From an uncultured Chryseobacterium sp. (GTDB taxonomy: Bacteria; Bacteroidota; Bacteroidia; Flavobacteriales_F; PHOS-HE28), in assembly GCA_964649165.1 (NCBI GenBank), contig CAZYPC010000005.1, forward strand, positions 16,533 through 80,532: a DNA stretch of 64,000 nt. Direction: 5' to 3'. Each line of letters opens with the position of its first letter. Position 1 is the first letter of the stretch. A program made the position numbers and the translations under genes. Positions 8,553 to 19,191 of the stretch are shown piece by piece. The notes beneath the pieces are model-generated. The model was not told where the DNA came from. It did no database searches and saw only the letters and a program-made list of their open reading frames with translations.

Positions 8553-11500
8553 CAGTCCTTCTTGCGTTTCAACAGGTCCCTCAACCGTGCATTCAATGTC
8601 CGGATCACCTCCTTCGATTCCTGGTTCTCCTCGCCCGTACGCACGAACTGCTCCGACACCGGCTCGTCGCGTTCATCGCTGATGAGCTTGCGGCCTTTGA
8701 TCAACGTAGCGAACACGTAGTAGAGGCCGGGGATCACGAGCACACCGATCACCGTACCCACGAGCATGCCGCCCAGCGATGAGGATCCGATGGTGCGGTT
8801 ACCGATGGCACCAGCACCGGAAGCGAGCACCAACGGGATCAGGCCGGCAACGAAGGCGAACGAGGTCATGAGGATCGGGCGGAACCGTGCTTTCGACCCC
8901 TCGATCGCGGCTTCCAGCACCGAAGCACCGGCACGCTGTTTCTGCACGGCGAACTCCACGATCAGCACCGCGTTCTTCCCGAGCAGGCCGATCAGCATAA
9001 TGATGCCGATCTGCGCGTACACGTCGTTCGCCAGCCCCATCACTTTCAGCAGCAGGAAGGAACCGAGCACACCGACGGGCAGCGACAGGATCACGACCAG
9101 TGGGAGAACGAAGCTCTCGTACTGGGCGGCCAGCACCAGGTACACGAAGATGAGTACTACGATGAAGATGTAGACGGCCTCGTTCCCACGCTTCGCTTCA
9201 TCATAGGAAAGTCCCTCCCACGCGATGTCGTAGCCGCGCGGCAGCGTTTCCTTCGCCACCTCCTGGATCGCCTTGATCGCGTCGCCGCTGGTGTACCCTT
9301 CCACCGAAAGACCGCGAATGGTGGCCGAGTTGTACATGTTGTAGCGCGTGATCTCGTTCGGGCCGAGGCGCTTCTCGAAGTGCATGAACGAGGAGTACGG
9401 TACCATCTCCCCTTCGTCGTTCTTCACGAAGAGCCCGGTGAGGTCCGTAGGATACCGGCGGTACTCCGGAGCGGCCTGTGCATACACCTTGAAGAAGCGG
9501 CCGAAGCGGATAAAGCCTTGCTCGTAGGTGCTGCCGATGAGAATGTTCAGGTTCTCGACCGCCTTGCCGATGGACACGCCCTTCTGCATGGCCAGATCGT
9601 TGTCGATGATCATCTCGTACTGCGGGAAGTTCGCCGCGTAGAAGGTGAACAGGCCGGTGAGCTCCTTGCGCTTCCGCAACGCGTCCATGAACTCGTTGTT
9701 GATGCGTTCGAACTCGTGGTAATCGGTGCCGTTCGTTTTGTCCAGCATCCGCAGGGAGAAACCGGCCGAAGAGCCGAAGCCCGGTACGGCGGGCGGTTCG
9801 AAGTACTCGATCACCGCCCCGAGGTTCTTGGTTTTCTCCTCGAGCTCCTCCATCACCTCGTTCACGTTCTTGTCGCGTTCGTGCCAGGGCTTCAGGTCGA
9901 TGAGACAGGTCCCGGCGTTCGATCCGCGGCCCTCGGTCATGATCTCGTAACCGGCAAGTGAGGAGACCGATTCCACCTCGGGGATCTCTTCGCAGATCTT
10001 CATCAGGTCTCGCGCCACCTCGTTGGTGGTCTCCAATGTGGAGCCGGGTGGTGTTTGCACGATGGCGTAGATGGTGCCCTGGTCCTCGCTCGGGATGAAG
10101 CCCGCAGGAAGGATCTGGTTCGTCACATAGATGGCCACGCAGAACCCGGCCAAAGCGCCGAACGTCAGCACGCGCCGCACCACGATCCGGTTCAGGACGG
10201 CCACGTAGCGCCCGGTCAGCCGCTCGAACCAACGGTTGAAGGTGTCGATGAAGCGGTCCATGATCGACTTCTTCCGGTGCCCCCCGTGATGCGGCTTAAT
10301 GAGCATGGCGCAAAGCACCGGCGTCAGCGTGAGCGCCACCACGGCCGAGATGATGATGGAGCCGGCCATGGTGATGGAGAACTGCCGGTAGAACACACCG
10401 ACGGGTCCGGTCATGAAGGAGATCGGGATGAACACCGAGACCATCACCAGCGTGATGGCGATGATGGCACCACCGATCTCGCCCATCACCTCCTTCACGG
10501 CCGCATAGGGCGTGAGCTGATGGTTCGCCTCCATCTTGGCGTGCACGGCTTCCACCACCACGATGGCGTTATCCACCACGATACCGATGGCCAATACAAG
10601 TGCGAACAGCGTGATCAGGTTGATCGACAGGTCGAACAGCTGCATCACGAAGAAGGCGCCGATCAGTGAGACGGGCACGGCGATGATGGGGATCAGTGTG
10701 GAACGCCAATCACCCAAGAAGAGGAATACTACGAGCGCCACCAGGATGAACGCGTCGCGCAGCGTATGCAACACCTGCTCGATGGAAGCATCGAGGAAAG
10801 TGGACACGTCATAGCTCACCTTGTAGTCGACACTGGGCGGCATGAACTCGGACTGTTCCTTCAGCTTCTCCTTGACCTGCGCGATCACCTCGCTGGCGTT
10901 GCTGCCTAGCGTCTGCTTCAGCACGATGGAGGCCGAGGGCTTCCCATCGAGGTTGGAGTAGATATCGAAGAACTCGCTGCCCAGTTCCACATCTGCCACA
11001 TCGCGCAGCTTGATCATCTCGCCTTCCTCGTTCGCGCGGATGATGATGTTCTTGTATTGCTCGGGCTCATTGAACTGGCCCTTGTACACGAGCACGTACT
11101 CGAAAGACTGCGCGTTGATGCCCGAGCTTTGGCCCAGACGGCCTGGGCGCGCGATCAAGCTCTGTTCCTCCATGGCCTTCATCACCTCCTCGGCGGAGAT
11201 GTTGTAGGCCCGCATGCGGTCCGGCTTCATCCACACGCGCATCGCGTACTTGCGGCTGCCGAGGATCTGCGCCTGCGCCACGCCGGGGATCCGCTGGATC
11301 TCCGGGATCAATTGCGTGAACGCGTAGTTGTAGAGGAAGAGCTCATCCGCATCCTCGCCGTTGCCGTAGAGGTTCACGTACATGAGCATCGAAGGCTGCA
11401 CCGGGGTGATGATCACGCCCTCGCGCTGCACGAGCAGCGGAAGGTTCGGCATCACCTGGTCCACGCGCGTCTTCACGCGGACCACGGCCTCATTGGGATC

Positions 11501-11794
11501 GGTGCCCGGTTCGAAGATCACGCGGATGGTGCCCTCACCGGCGCTGGTGGCGTCCGAAGCGAGGTAGCGCATGCCCTGCACCCCGTTGATGGCCGTTTCC
11601 AGCTGGATGATCGTTGACTTCGTGAGCACGTCCGCGCTCGCTCCGGGATACGCGATGAAGATGTTCACCGTGGTGGGCGCGATCTCCGGGAACTGCGCGG
11701 TGGGCAACTGCTTCATGGCGAGTCCGCCCATGAAGAGGATCAGCACCGAGATGACGATGGCCAGTACGGGCCGTTGGATGAAATTCCTGAACAT
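8552..11794 (-). CDS. RND efflux transporter permease (AcrB/HAE1-like)
   Basis: 1080 aa with the 12-TM, two-large-loop architecture. N-terminus MFRNFIQRPVLAIVISVLILFMG and multiple conserved AcrB-like blocks (VVDNAIVVVE). Confidence 0.95.
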   Translation of the reverse strand: MFRNFIQRPVLAIVISVLILFMGGLAMKQLPTAQFPEIAPTTVNIFIAYPGASADVLTKSTIIQLETAINGVQGMRYLASDATSAGEGTIRVIFEPGTDPNEAVVRVKTRVDQVMPNLPLLVQREGVIITPVQPSMLMYVNLYGNGEDADELFLYNYAFTQLIPEIQRIPGVAQAQILGSRKYAMRVWMKPDRMRAYNISAEEVMKAMEEQSLIARPGRLGQSSGINAQSFEYVLVYKGQFNEPEQYKNIIIRANEEGEMIKLRDVADVELGSEFFDIYSNLDGKPSASIVLKQTLGSNASEVIAQVKEKLKEQSEFMPPSVDYKVSYDVSTFLDASIEQVLHTLRDAFILVALVVFLFLGDWRSTLIPIIAVPVSLIGAFFVMQLFDLSINLITLFALVLAIGIVVDNAIVVVEAVHAKMEANHQLTPYAAVKEVMGEIGGAIIAITLVMVSVFIPISFMTGPVGVFYRQFSITMAGSIIISAVVALTLTPVLCAMLIKPHHGGHRKKSIMDRFIDTFNRWFERLTGRYVAVLNRIVVRRVLTFGALAGFCVAIYVTNQILPAGFIPSEDQGTIYAIVQTPPGSTLETTNEVARDLMKICEEIPEVESVSSLAGYEIMTEGRGSNAGTCLIDLKPWHERDKNVNEVMEELEEKTKNLGAVIEYFEPPAVPGFGSSAGFSLRMLDKTNGTDYHEFERINNEFMDALRKRKELTGLFTFYAANFPQYEMIIDNDLAMQKGVSIGKAVENLNILIGSTYEQGFIRFGRFFKVYAQAAPEYRRYPTDLTGLFVKNDEGEMVPYSSFMHFEKRLGPNEITRYNMYNSATIRGLSVEGYTSGDAIKAIQEVAKETLPRGYDIAWEGLSYDEAKRGNEAVYIFIVVLIFVYLVLAAQYESFVLPLVVILSLPVGVLGSFLLLKVMGLANDVYAQIGIIMLIGLLGKNAVLIVEFAVQKQRAGASVLEAAIEGSKARFRPILMTSFAFVAGLIPLVLASGAGAIGNRTIGSSSLGGMLVGTVIGVLVIPGLYYVFATLIKGRKLISDERDEPVSEQFVRTGEENQESKEVIRTLNARLRDLLKRKKD

Positions 11795-11815
11795 GGCTGA
11801 GCTGTTTTGCCGCTG

Positions 11816-12946
11816 TTACTCAGCGTACAGGTCCAGGTGCTTCATCACGGAGTCAGGCGCGACGAACTCCACATCCACCTTGTCCTCGTCCTTCACCTTG
11901 CGCAGGCCCTCCAGCAGGACGCGGTCGTCCTTCTTCAGTCCTTCGGTCACCACGAAGAGGTGTTGTAGCTCGGGTCCGACCGTGATGCGCGTGGTGTGGA
12001 GCACGCCGTCCTTGTCGATCACATAGACGTAGCGGTGGTCAAGCACTTCGAAGGTGGCCTTCTGCGGTACGAGGAGCACGTCCTTGAGGTATGAATCCAT
12101 GAGGATGTTACCGGTCTCCCCGTGGCGCAGCAGGCCCTGCGGATTGGAGAAGGTGGCCCTGAAGGCGATGTTGCCGGTGGTGTTGTTGAAGTCCGATTCG
12201 ATCGCGGTGATCTCGCCCGACTGGTCGAATTGTTCGCCGTTGGCCATCATCAGCTTCACCTTGGTGCCATTGCCCGCTAGTGCGTTCTTCTTGTATTCGA
12301 GGTATTCGGCTTCGGGCACATTGAAATAGACCCACATGGTGCTGTTGTCGGAGAGTTCGGTGAGCAGTTCACCCTCATCGAGCAGCGATCCCTTCCGCAC
12401 ATGGAAGCGCCCCACGATGCCATCGAACGGTGCTTGGATCTCCGTGAACCCGAGGTGCGCCTGCGCAGCGTTCAACTCGGCCAGGGCCTTGTCGTAGCGC
12501 GCCTTGGCAAGGGCCAGTTCATTGGGCGAGACCACGTTGCTGTCGGCCAGGGTCTTGGTATTACGGTATTCGATCTCCGCGAACTGGGCTTCGGCCTGGG
12601 CGCGTTGCACTTCGGCCTGGTACAGCACGGGCCTGATGCGGAACATCAACTGGCCCTCTTTCACATGCTGGCCCTCGTCCACGAGCATGTCCTGCAGGTA
12701 GCCTTTCTCCAGCGCCCGCACCTCGATGTGCTGCACGGAGTGGATCTGGCAGACATAATCCCGCGCGACCACGGTATCGGTAAGCAGCGGGCTGGTCGCG
12801 GGGTAGCGGCCATGTTCATGCTCTTCGTGCTCCCCCTCTTCATGGGCTCCACAACCGGTGAGCAGCAGGCCGATCATGGTCAACAGGGTCAATGCCATGC
12901 GTCGTGGCCGGTGGGCGCGAGCTGGGATGGGATACAGGGACGTCAT
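11816..12946 (-). CDS. RND efflux periplasmic adaptor (membrane fusion protein)
   Basis: The start was moved to the ATG at 12946 (MTSLYPIPARAH...LLLTGCGAHEE, lipobox-like). The upstream part of the track ORF is Arg/Pro-rich and unlikely to be coding. Lipoyl, beta-barrel and hairpin pattern (GYLQDMLVDEGQHVKEGQLMFRI). Confidence 0.85.
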   Translation of the reverse strand: MTSLYPIPARAHRPRRMALTLLTMIGLLLTGCGAHEEGEHEEHEHGRYPATSPLLTDTVVARDYVCQIHSVQHIEVRALEKGYLQDMLVDEGQHVKEGQLMFRIRPVLYQAEVQRAQAEAQFAEIEYRNTKTLADSNVVSPNELALAKARYDKALAELNAAQAHLGFTEIQAPFDGIVGRFHVRKGSLLDEGELLTELSDNSTMWVYFNVPEAEYLEYKKNALAGNGTKVKLMMANGEQFDQSGEITAIESDFNNTTGNIAFRATFSNPQGLLRHGETGNILMDSYLKDVLLVPQKATFEVLDHRYVYVIDKDGVLHTTRITVGPELQHLFVVTEGLKKDDRVLLEGLRKVKDEDKVDVEFVAPDSVMKHLDLYAE

Positions 12947-13137
12947 GTGGATCACTGAGAACGTTTCTTGTCTGGACAGGAATGGAATTCGAGAAGGAAA
13001 AGCGGAATTCTCAAGAGCCGAAGGGACCTGTCGGTGCCCGTTCCTGAGCGGATGCCCATCGCGGTCAAGGCCAGGGGATCCAGGCGGCGCGGAAATGCGA
13101 CCGCGTGCCCGGAAGTCGTTCCGGGGCTTCGCGCTAC

Positions 13138-13452
13138 TTAGGGAGCAGAGGGCTGGAAGCCCGCGACGGGAAGGAGCTCTTCTCCGGTCCGGCCATCGGT
13201 TTCCCGTGGACGGGGCGACGGTGCGTTCACCCAAGGCGATACACCGGACCAGGCACCGGGCGACCCGGGCAACGTCAGGTCCTCATCCGCCTCGGCGTCA
13301 TCCTGCGGTGCCTCCGGATCCGTGGAGCGCAGGCTCAATTCGTCAACGGCACCGCTCAATCCCGCTGCATGAAGGGCCGCCGGAACGCAGAACTGCAGGC
13401 CGAGCATGAGCATGCACAGCCACAGCAGCGTCCGCATCTTGTCCTTGGTCAC
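13138..13452 (-). CDS. Small hypothetical secreted acidic protein
   Basis: 104 aa. Clear signal-peptide-like N-terminus (MRTLLWLCMLMLGLQFCVPAALHAAG) followed by an Asp/Glu/Pro-rich tail. Strong G/C preference at third codon positions in this frame. No recognisable family. Confidence 0.4.
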   Translation of the reverse strand: MTKDKMRTLLWLCMLMLGLQFCVPAALHAAGLSGAVDELSLRSTDPEAPQDDAEADEDLTLPGSPGAWSGVSPWVNAPSPRPRETDGRTGEELLPVAGFQPSAP

Positions 13453-13534
13453 GGGGGCTCTTGTCTAAGCGGCCGCGAACGTAGACCCGTTCTCCGAGCC
13501 TGTCATCCGGTTAACACTTCTTTTACCAAAAGGA

Positions 13535-14401
13535 ATGTTGCGGAGGTCGTTCCGGAGCACGGCCTCCGGCCCGCCGAACACGAGGTCCGGTAGTTTCGCC
13601 CCGCGCCATCCGTCCAACAGCGCCCCACGCGTGCCCAACGAGAATGGCGACCGCCACATCGATCTGAGTTTCCTATCGGGTCCGCGCTCCCGCTGGAAAG
13701 AGTTCAAGAGCGTGGTACACATCGCGCGTGAGTTCATCAAGGGCTTCCGCACCCTGCACTTCGTTGGCCCGTGTGTCACCTTCTTCGGCAGCGCACGGTT
13801 CAAGGAGGATCATCCGTACTATGAGGCGACACGTGAGCTCGCGCGTCGCATAGGCGAGATCGGCTTCACCATCATGACCGGCGGCGGCCCCGGATTGATG
13901 GAGGCGGCGAATCGCGGAGCGCGGGACGTCGGTGCGCGCAGCATCGGCTGCAACATCGTGCTGCCCAGCGAACAGAAGCCGAACGACTTCCTGGATGTGA
14001 GCCTGAGCTTCGACCGCTTCTTCATACGCAAGGTGCTCCTGGTCAAGTACAGCGTCTGCTTCGTGGTGATGCCCGGCGGCGCCGGGACCGTGGACGAGCT
14101 GTTCGAGGCCATCACGCTGATCCAGACGGGCAAGGTGAAGGACTTCCCCATCCTGCTTTATGGCAAAGACTACTGGGGCCCGATGCTCCGGCAGATCGAC
14201 CGCATGGTGGCGGAAGGAACGATCGGGCAGAAGGAATTGCGCTTCCTTTTCGTGGCCGACAGCGTGGAGGAAGCCACTACCCTGTTGCAGGAACGCCTGG
14301 TGGTGATGTGGCAGGAAGCCCGGCAACGCAAGGATGCGCCGAAGTGGTGGTTCCTGGAGGAGAAGGCCCTCTATTCGCAAAGCGTTCGCAAGACGTCATG
14401 A
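13535..14401 (+). CDS. LOG-family / TIGR00730-type Rossmann-fold nucleotide-binding protein (cytokinin riboside 5'-monophosphate phosphoribohydrolase-like)
   Basis: Motifs FGSARF, MTGGGPGLMEAANRGA and VVMPGGAGTVDELFE (the PGGxGTxxE signature). ATG at 13535. Confidence 0.8.
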   Translation: MLRRSFRSTASGPPNTRSGSFAPRHPSNSAPRVPNENGDRHIDLSFLSGPRSRWKEFKSVVHIAREFIKGFRTLHFVGPCVTFFGSARFKEDHPYYEATRELARRIGEIGFTIMTGGGPGLMEAANRGARDVGARSIGCNIVLPSEQKPNDFLDVSLSFDRFFIRKVLLVKYSVCFVVMPGGAGTVDELFEAITLIQTGKVKDFPILLYGKDYWGPMLRQIDRMVAEGTIGQKELRFLFVADSVEEATTLLQERLVVMWQEARQRKDAPKWWFLEEKALYSQSVRKTS

Positions 14402-14532
14402 CAATGAGCTGAGCAAGGCACATCGCCTTCTTCGAGCGTCATCATCGCCAGATCTCCTGTGCCACCCCTCAAGTTCCCGTAGCGCCAGTAAGAGTCGGAT
14501 CCCAACCATTGGGAGCCCGTACATTCGTGAAA

Positions 14533-16050
14533 ATGTGCACCCTCCATCGAATAGTGTCCTCCTCCGCGATCCTGCTGTTGGGCACTGCGTCGCTTTGGAG
14601 CCAAGTCGAGCCATTCAGTTCTCGACTCGATCACCTTGATGCGGGGCTGGATGATCAAGGGGAGAGCGTGGTTGAGACCCAGGAAGGGCACTTCCTATTG
14701 TTCGGCGGGTGTACGGAACCCGGCGATCAAGGAAGTCGGCTCTGCGTATCCGCGATCGACGGTACAGGAATTCCCCTCTGGGTTTATTCTTACTATGCAG
14801 GCGATGGCCAGTACTTCAGTGATGACGCGGCTTGGGGTGGTCGGGCCCGTTCCATGGCCGGGGGAAACATACTGTTCGCTTCCGGACATGGTCCTTCCGC
14901 AGCGGACAGCCGAGCGCGATTGTGGATGCTTGATGTGGATGGAGACACCATCTGGACCAGGGAGGTCTTTCATGGCACAGGGACAGGAGCAACCGCGCAT
15001 GAGGCGGTTGAAACCGCTGACGGAGGTATCGCTATGATCGGGACGGTCCAAGGACCTGGTGATCTTCCGCAGGCCTTCGTTTGCAAATTCTCATCCACCG
15101 GCGACTCTTTGTGGAGCCGGGTCTTCACAGCTCCCCTCGGAGGCCATGCCAGACGGATAGAACCCACGGAGGATGGCGGAGTCCTTGTCCTCAGTTGGAA
15201 ACAAGCCGACCCATCGCCCAGCCTGGCATGGCTCCATCGGCTGGATGTTACGGGCGCGATCATCTGGGAGAGCGCCATCGGATTCACCAATGCGCAAGTC
15301 GCACAAGGCATGACCCTTTCATCCGATGGTCGCATAATCCTGGTTGGCCAGGAAGGGATGGAGATAGAGCCGGACTTCTATGTGAACAGACCTCATGTCG
15401 CCATTTGTGACAGTCTGGGACAACTTGAGCAACATTGGAGCACAGGTCAATTCGCTTACTACAGTTTTCTCCAAGACGTGACCACGCTCATGAACGGGAC
15501 CATCGTTGCGGTTGGTTTGGACCGCGAGGGAACTACCAATACCGGCTCCGTGTACTGCTTCACCCCGGAAGGTGACAGTCTGTGGTACCACCGGTTCGTC
15601 TACCCGCCAGACCAAGGAATATGGGGCTTCCACTTTCTCTTGAATGTTGTCGGGGACAGCGACGGTGGAATGGTCGCATGCGGTATCGCATCCGGCGGAA
15701 GCACGCCCGGAACAGACCAATGGCTCTTGAGAACGGATGCTCAGGGCGCAACACCTCCTACGCTCCTTCTGTGGACAACCACCCCTGAGCAACCTTCAGG
15801 GAACGCAGAGCCCTTGGTCTATCCAAACCCTACTGATGGCCTGATATTCATTCGTCCCGAAGTCATCAGGGGGGCGAGGGGGGCCTTGTCGGTCTGCGAT
15901 CCAACCGGACGGCGAGTTTGGTACGGCACCCTCGCCCCGGAGAAGTCCGTCATCCCCGTGGACCTCTCCATTCTCATCGGCGGCGCATACACCGTGATAG
16001 TAGATGATGGTTATGGCCATCGTTCGTACCAAAGGTTGATCAAGAACTAG
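14533..16050 (+). CDS. Secreted repeat (beta-propeller-like) protein with a T9SS type-A C-terminal sorting domain
   Basis: Signal peptide from the ATG at 14533 (MCTLHRIVSSSAILLLGTASLWSQ). Recurring D-x-G-D/G-x-I/L-W blocks. The C-terminal segment LVYPNPTDGLIFIRP...YTVIVDDGYGHRSYQRLIKN resembles the Por secretion tail (TIGR04183 type). Confidence 0.7.
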   Translation: MCTLHRIVSSSAILLLGTASLWSQVEPFSSRLDHLDAGLDDQGESVVETQEGHFLLFGGCTEPGDQGSRLCVSAIDGTGIPLWVYSYYAGDGQYFSDDAAWGGRARSMAGGNILFASGHGPSAADSRARLWMLDVDGDTIWTREVFHGTGTGATAHEAVETADGGIAMIGTVQGPGDLPQAFVCKFSSTGDSLWSRVFTAPLGGHARRIEPTEDGGVLVLSWKQADPSPSLAWLHRLDVTGAIIWESAIGFTNAQVAQGMTLSSDGRIILVGQEGMEIEPDFYVNRPHVAICDSLGQLEQHWSTGQFAYYSFLQDVTTLMNGTIVAVGLDREGTTNTGSVYCFTPEGDSLWYHRFVYPPDQGIWGFHFLLNVVGDSDGGMVACGIASGGSTPGTDQWLLRTDAQGATPPTLLLWTTTPEQPSGNAEPLVYPNPTDGLIFIRPEVIRGARGALSVCDPTGRRVWYGTLAPEKSVIPVDLSILIGGAYTVIVDDGYGHRSYQRLIKN

Positions 16051-16272
16051 CCACTATACCGTCCCGATAGCCGTTTTCATACTGCCGACGAAGAACTGAT
16101 GATCGCGCTGGTGGCAAGGGTCAAGGATGGGAAACGAGCTCGCCGTCCGGACGGATCGCCGATCGTTAAGACAGCGTGAAGAGAAGCCTCTTCAGCCTAA
16201 CGGATCCATAACCTACGATCAAAGCGGGGGTAAGGCCGCGTCGGGACATTTGCCGCGCCAAACGCCAGCAAG

Positions 16273-19080
16273 ATGTTCCGTTCGCTCAGTCTGTTCCTCG
16301 CTCTCCTCGTCAGCCTGCTCCTCCAAGCGCAACGCGGAACGATCACCGGTACCGTAACCGCCCTGGAGAACGGCAAGGTCGAGCCGCAGCCCTTCGCCAA
16401 CGTCGTGATCAAGGGCACGACCACCGGCGCGAGCACGGACCTGGACGGCAAGTACCTTTTCAAGGTGGACCCCGGCACGTACACGGTGGTGACCACGATG
16501 GTGGGCTACCCGGCCGTTGAGAAGGCGGTGAGCGTAGTGGCGGACCAGACGGTGACGGTGGACCTGCAACTGGACGGATCGGCCATGGAAATGAAGGCCG
16601 TGGAAGTGGTGAAGGAGAAGCGCACGGATACGGAGGCGGCCGTGCTGATGGACACGCGCAAGAGCGAGCAAGTGGTGAACGGCCTGGGCCGGCAACAGAT
16701 CGCCAAGAGCCAGGACCGCACCGCAGGCGATGTGGTGAAACGCATCCCGGGAGTTACCATCATCGGTGACCGCTTCATCATGGTCCGTGGCCTGGCCGAT
16801 CGTTACAACACGGTGTTGCTGAACGACGTGGCCGCCCCGAGCATGGAGGCCGACAAGCGTGCCTTCAGCTTCGACCTGATCCCCAGTGCGGCGCTGGACC
16901 GCATCCTGATCTACAAGAGTGGCGCGCCGGAGCTGCCGGGAGACTTCGCCGGTGGTACGATCAAGATCGGCACCATGAGCGTGCCGGAGAAGAACGAGAC
17001 CCGCTTCACGTTCTCCACGTCCATCCGACCGGGCACCACGTTCAAGGACTTCCGCCAGGACAAGACCAGCAGCACGGATGCGTTCGGCTTCGATGATGGA
17101 TCGCGCCTGATGCCTTCGGATCTTCCGTCCACGCTGATCGGGGCGAGCCCCACCACCGCGCAGAACGTCGGCCGTTCGCTCAGCAACAACTGGGCAAGCA
17201 GCTTGAGCACCGCGATGCCCGATGGACGCCTCGGCCTCTACATCGCGCGGCGCTTCGGAAAGGAAGGTGGTCGCAACACCTACGGCAACCTCACCTCCAT
17301 CGACTACAGCAATACGCGTCTGCACTACACGGCGAAGAACTACAACTACAACGCCTACGACCCCGAACTCGGCCGCAGCGACACCATCTACAGCTACAAC
17401 GACGAGGAGAACATCCAGAGCGCGCGCGTAACGCTGATGCACAACTGGACGGCCATGCTGGGCAAGCACAGCAGGATCGACTTCCGGAACCTGTTGAACC
17501 AGATGGGCGACAACCAGACGACCTATCGCACCGGCCGCGACCTCGAAGGGGGCAACGAACTACGCAACTACGCCTTCCGTTATCGCCAGCGGACGATCTA
17601 CAGCGGCCAGCTCCACGGATCCCACGACATCGGCGAGAAGAGCAAACTGGATTGGACGCTCGGGTATGGCAAAGCCATCAGCAAGGAACCTGACTTCCGC
17701 CGTATCAGTACGCGGCGCGACCTGAACACCGGCGACGCGAACACGCCGTTCACCGCTTACATCCCCTTGAGCGCGGACCCGTTCAATGCAGGCCGCTCCT
17801 TCAGCGATCTGCACGAGGATGTGTACACCGCCCGCGTCGACTACGAACGGACGCTGAAGGAAAGCGACGATCACTGGGCGCTGAAGCTGCGCGGTGGCCT
17901 GTACAGCGAATACAAGCAGCGCGATTTCAGCATGCGCTGGCTATCGTACACCAAGGGCATCAACTTCAACAACGACCTCGTCGACCTGCCCATGGAGACC
18001 ATCTTCAGCCAGCAGAACATCAATGGCCAGGGCGGTTTCGAGCTCGATGAGGGCACGAACGCCAGCGATAAGTATGAGGCGAACAACACGCTGATGGCCG
18101 GCTACCTGGGCGGCACGGCGGTGTACGCGCACCGTTGGACCATCAGCGGTGGTGCCCGTATGGAATACAACCGTCAGGTGTTGAACAGCGCGCGGTACAG
18201 CGGTCGCAACGTGAGCGTGGACAATATGGTGCTCGCCGTGCTCCCTTCGGCGAACGTGAGCCTTGCCATCGGCGAAAAGCAGCAGGTGCGTGTGGCTTAC
18301 AGCAATACGCTGAACCGTCCGGAATTCCGCGAGCTGGCCCCCTTCTCCTACTATGACTTCACTTACAACAATGTGCTCGCCGGTAACGATTCGTTGAAGA
18401 CGGCCTACATCCACAACGTGGAGGCGCGTTGGGAGCTCTATCCGGAACTGAACGGGATCATCAGTTTCGGCGTGTTCTACAAGCGCTTCGAGAACCCCAT
18501 CGAGACCTACTTCGTGCCGGGCGGCGGCGGCGGCGGCACGCGCAATTTCACGTTCGGCAACGCTGTGGGCGCGACAAGCCTCGGCGCGGAAATGGAAGTG
18601 CGGCGCTCGTTGAAGGGCTGGTTCGAGAACGGGCTGCTGAGCAGGCTCGGCGCCCAAGTGAACGCGGCGTACATCAGCACCAGCGTTGACCTCGGCAAAA
18701 AAGCCGTGGGCCAGAGCGGTGAGCGCCCGTTGATGGGTCAGAGCCCTTATGTGGTGAACGCCGGCCTGTACTACACGGACGTGGACCACAAGTTCCAGTG
18801 CAACGTGTTGTACAACGTGATCGGACCACGGCTCTTCGCCGTTGGCACCTTCGGCACGCCGGACATCTACGAGATGCCGCGCAACGTGGTGGACATCACG
18901 CTCACGAAAGGTCTGGGCGAGCGCTTCGAGGTGAAGCTGAGCGCCCAGGATGTGTTGAACCAGCGCACCCGCTTGATCCAGGACAGCAACGAGGACGGCT
19001 CGTTGACCGGCGTGGACGAGGAAGTGATGAGCTTCCGACGTGGCAGCTATTTCAGCGCGGGGTTGAGCTACCGCTTCTGA
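16273..19080 (+). CDS. TonB-dependent receptor with an N-terminal carboxypeptidase-regulatory-like domain
   Basis: 935 aa. Signal peptide, then a CarboxypepD_reg-like segment (GTITGTVTA...TDLDGKYLFKVDPGTYTVVTTMVGY), a plug region (IPGVTIIGDRFIMVRGLADRYNTVLLN) and a terminal aromatic residue (GLSYRF). Confidence 0.9.
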   Translation: MFRSLSLFLALLVSLLLQAQRGTITGTVTALENGKVEPQPFANVVIKGTTTGASTDLDGKYLFKVDPGTYTVVTTMVGYPAVEKAVSVVADQTVTVDLQLDGSAMEMKAVEVVKEKRTDTEAAVLMDTRKSEQVVNGLGRQQIAKSQDRTAGDVVKRIPGVTIIGDRFIMVRGLADRYNTVLLNDVAAPSMEADKRAFSFDLIPSAALDRILIYKSGAPELPGDFAGGTIKIGTMSVPEKNETRFTFSTSIRPGTTFKDFRQDKTSSTDAFGFDDGSRLMPSDLPSTLIGASPTTAQNVGRSLSNNWASSLSTAMPDGRLGLYIARRFGKEGGRNTYGNLTSIDYSNTRLHYTAKNYNYNAYDPELGRSDTIYSYNDEENIQSARVTLMHNWTAMLGKHSRIDFRNLLNQMGDNQTTYRTGRDLEGGNELRNYAFRYRQRTIYSGQLHGSHDIGEKSKLDWTLGYGKAISKEPDFRRISTRRDLNTGDANTPFTAYIPLSADPFNAGRSFSDLHEDVYTARVDYERTLKESDDHWALKLRGGLYSEYKQRDFSMRWLSYTKGINFNNDLVDLPMETIFSQQNINGQGGFELDEGTNASDKYEANNTLMAGYLGGTAVYAHRWTISGGARMEYNRQVLNSARYSGRNVSVDNMVLAVLPSANVSLAIGEKQQVRVAYSNTLNRPEFRELAPFSYYDFTYNNVLAGNDSLKTAYIHNVEARWELYPELNGIISFGVFYKRFENPIETYFVPGGGGGGTRNFTFGNAVGATSLGAEMEVRRSLKGWFENGLLSRLGAQVNAAYISTSVDLGKKAVGQSGERPLMGQSPYVVNAGLYYTDVDHKFQCNVLYNVIGPRLFAVGTFGTPDIYEMPRNVVDITLTKGLGERFEVKLSAQDVLNQRTRLIQDSNEDGSLTGVDEEVMSFRRGSYFSAGLSYRF

Positions 19081-19191
19081 GCGCGAGCCAGCAACGAAAA
19101 CTTAACGCGAGGGAACGATCCGATAAAGCGGCCCTCATCGTGCGTTCACACAGGATGGGTCGCTTTGCGGCACCAAAACACAGAGAGAACC

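Noticed and set aside
16051-16272. Possible riboswitch (for example cobalamin or TPP) in the 222-nt leader upstream of the TonB-dependent receptor
   Set aside because: I could not find the conserved cores (B12 box GCCACTG-type element; TPP CTGAGA...ACCTGATCTGGATAATGCCAGCG-type element). Only generic GC-rich hairpins are present. A covariance-model scan (Rfam/Infernal) would settle this.
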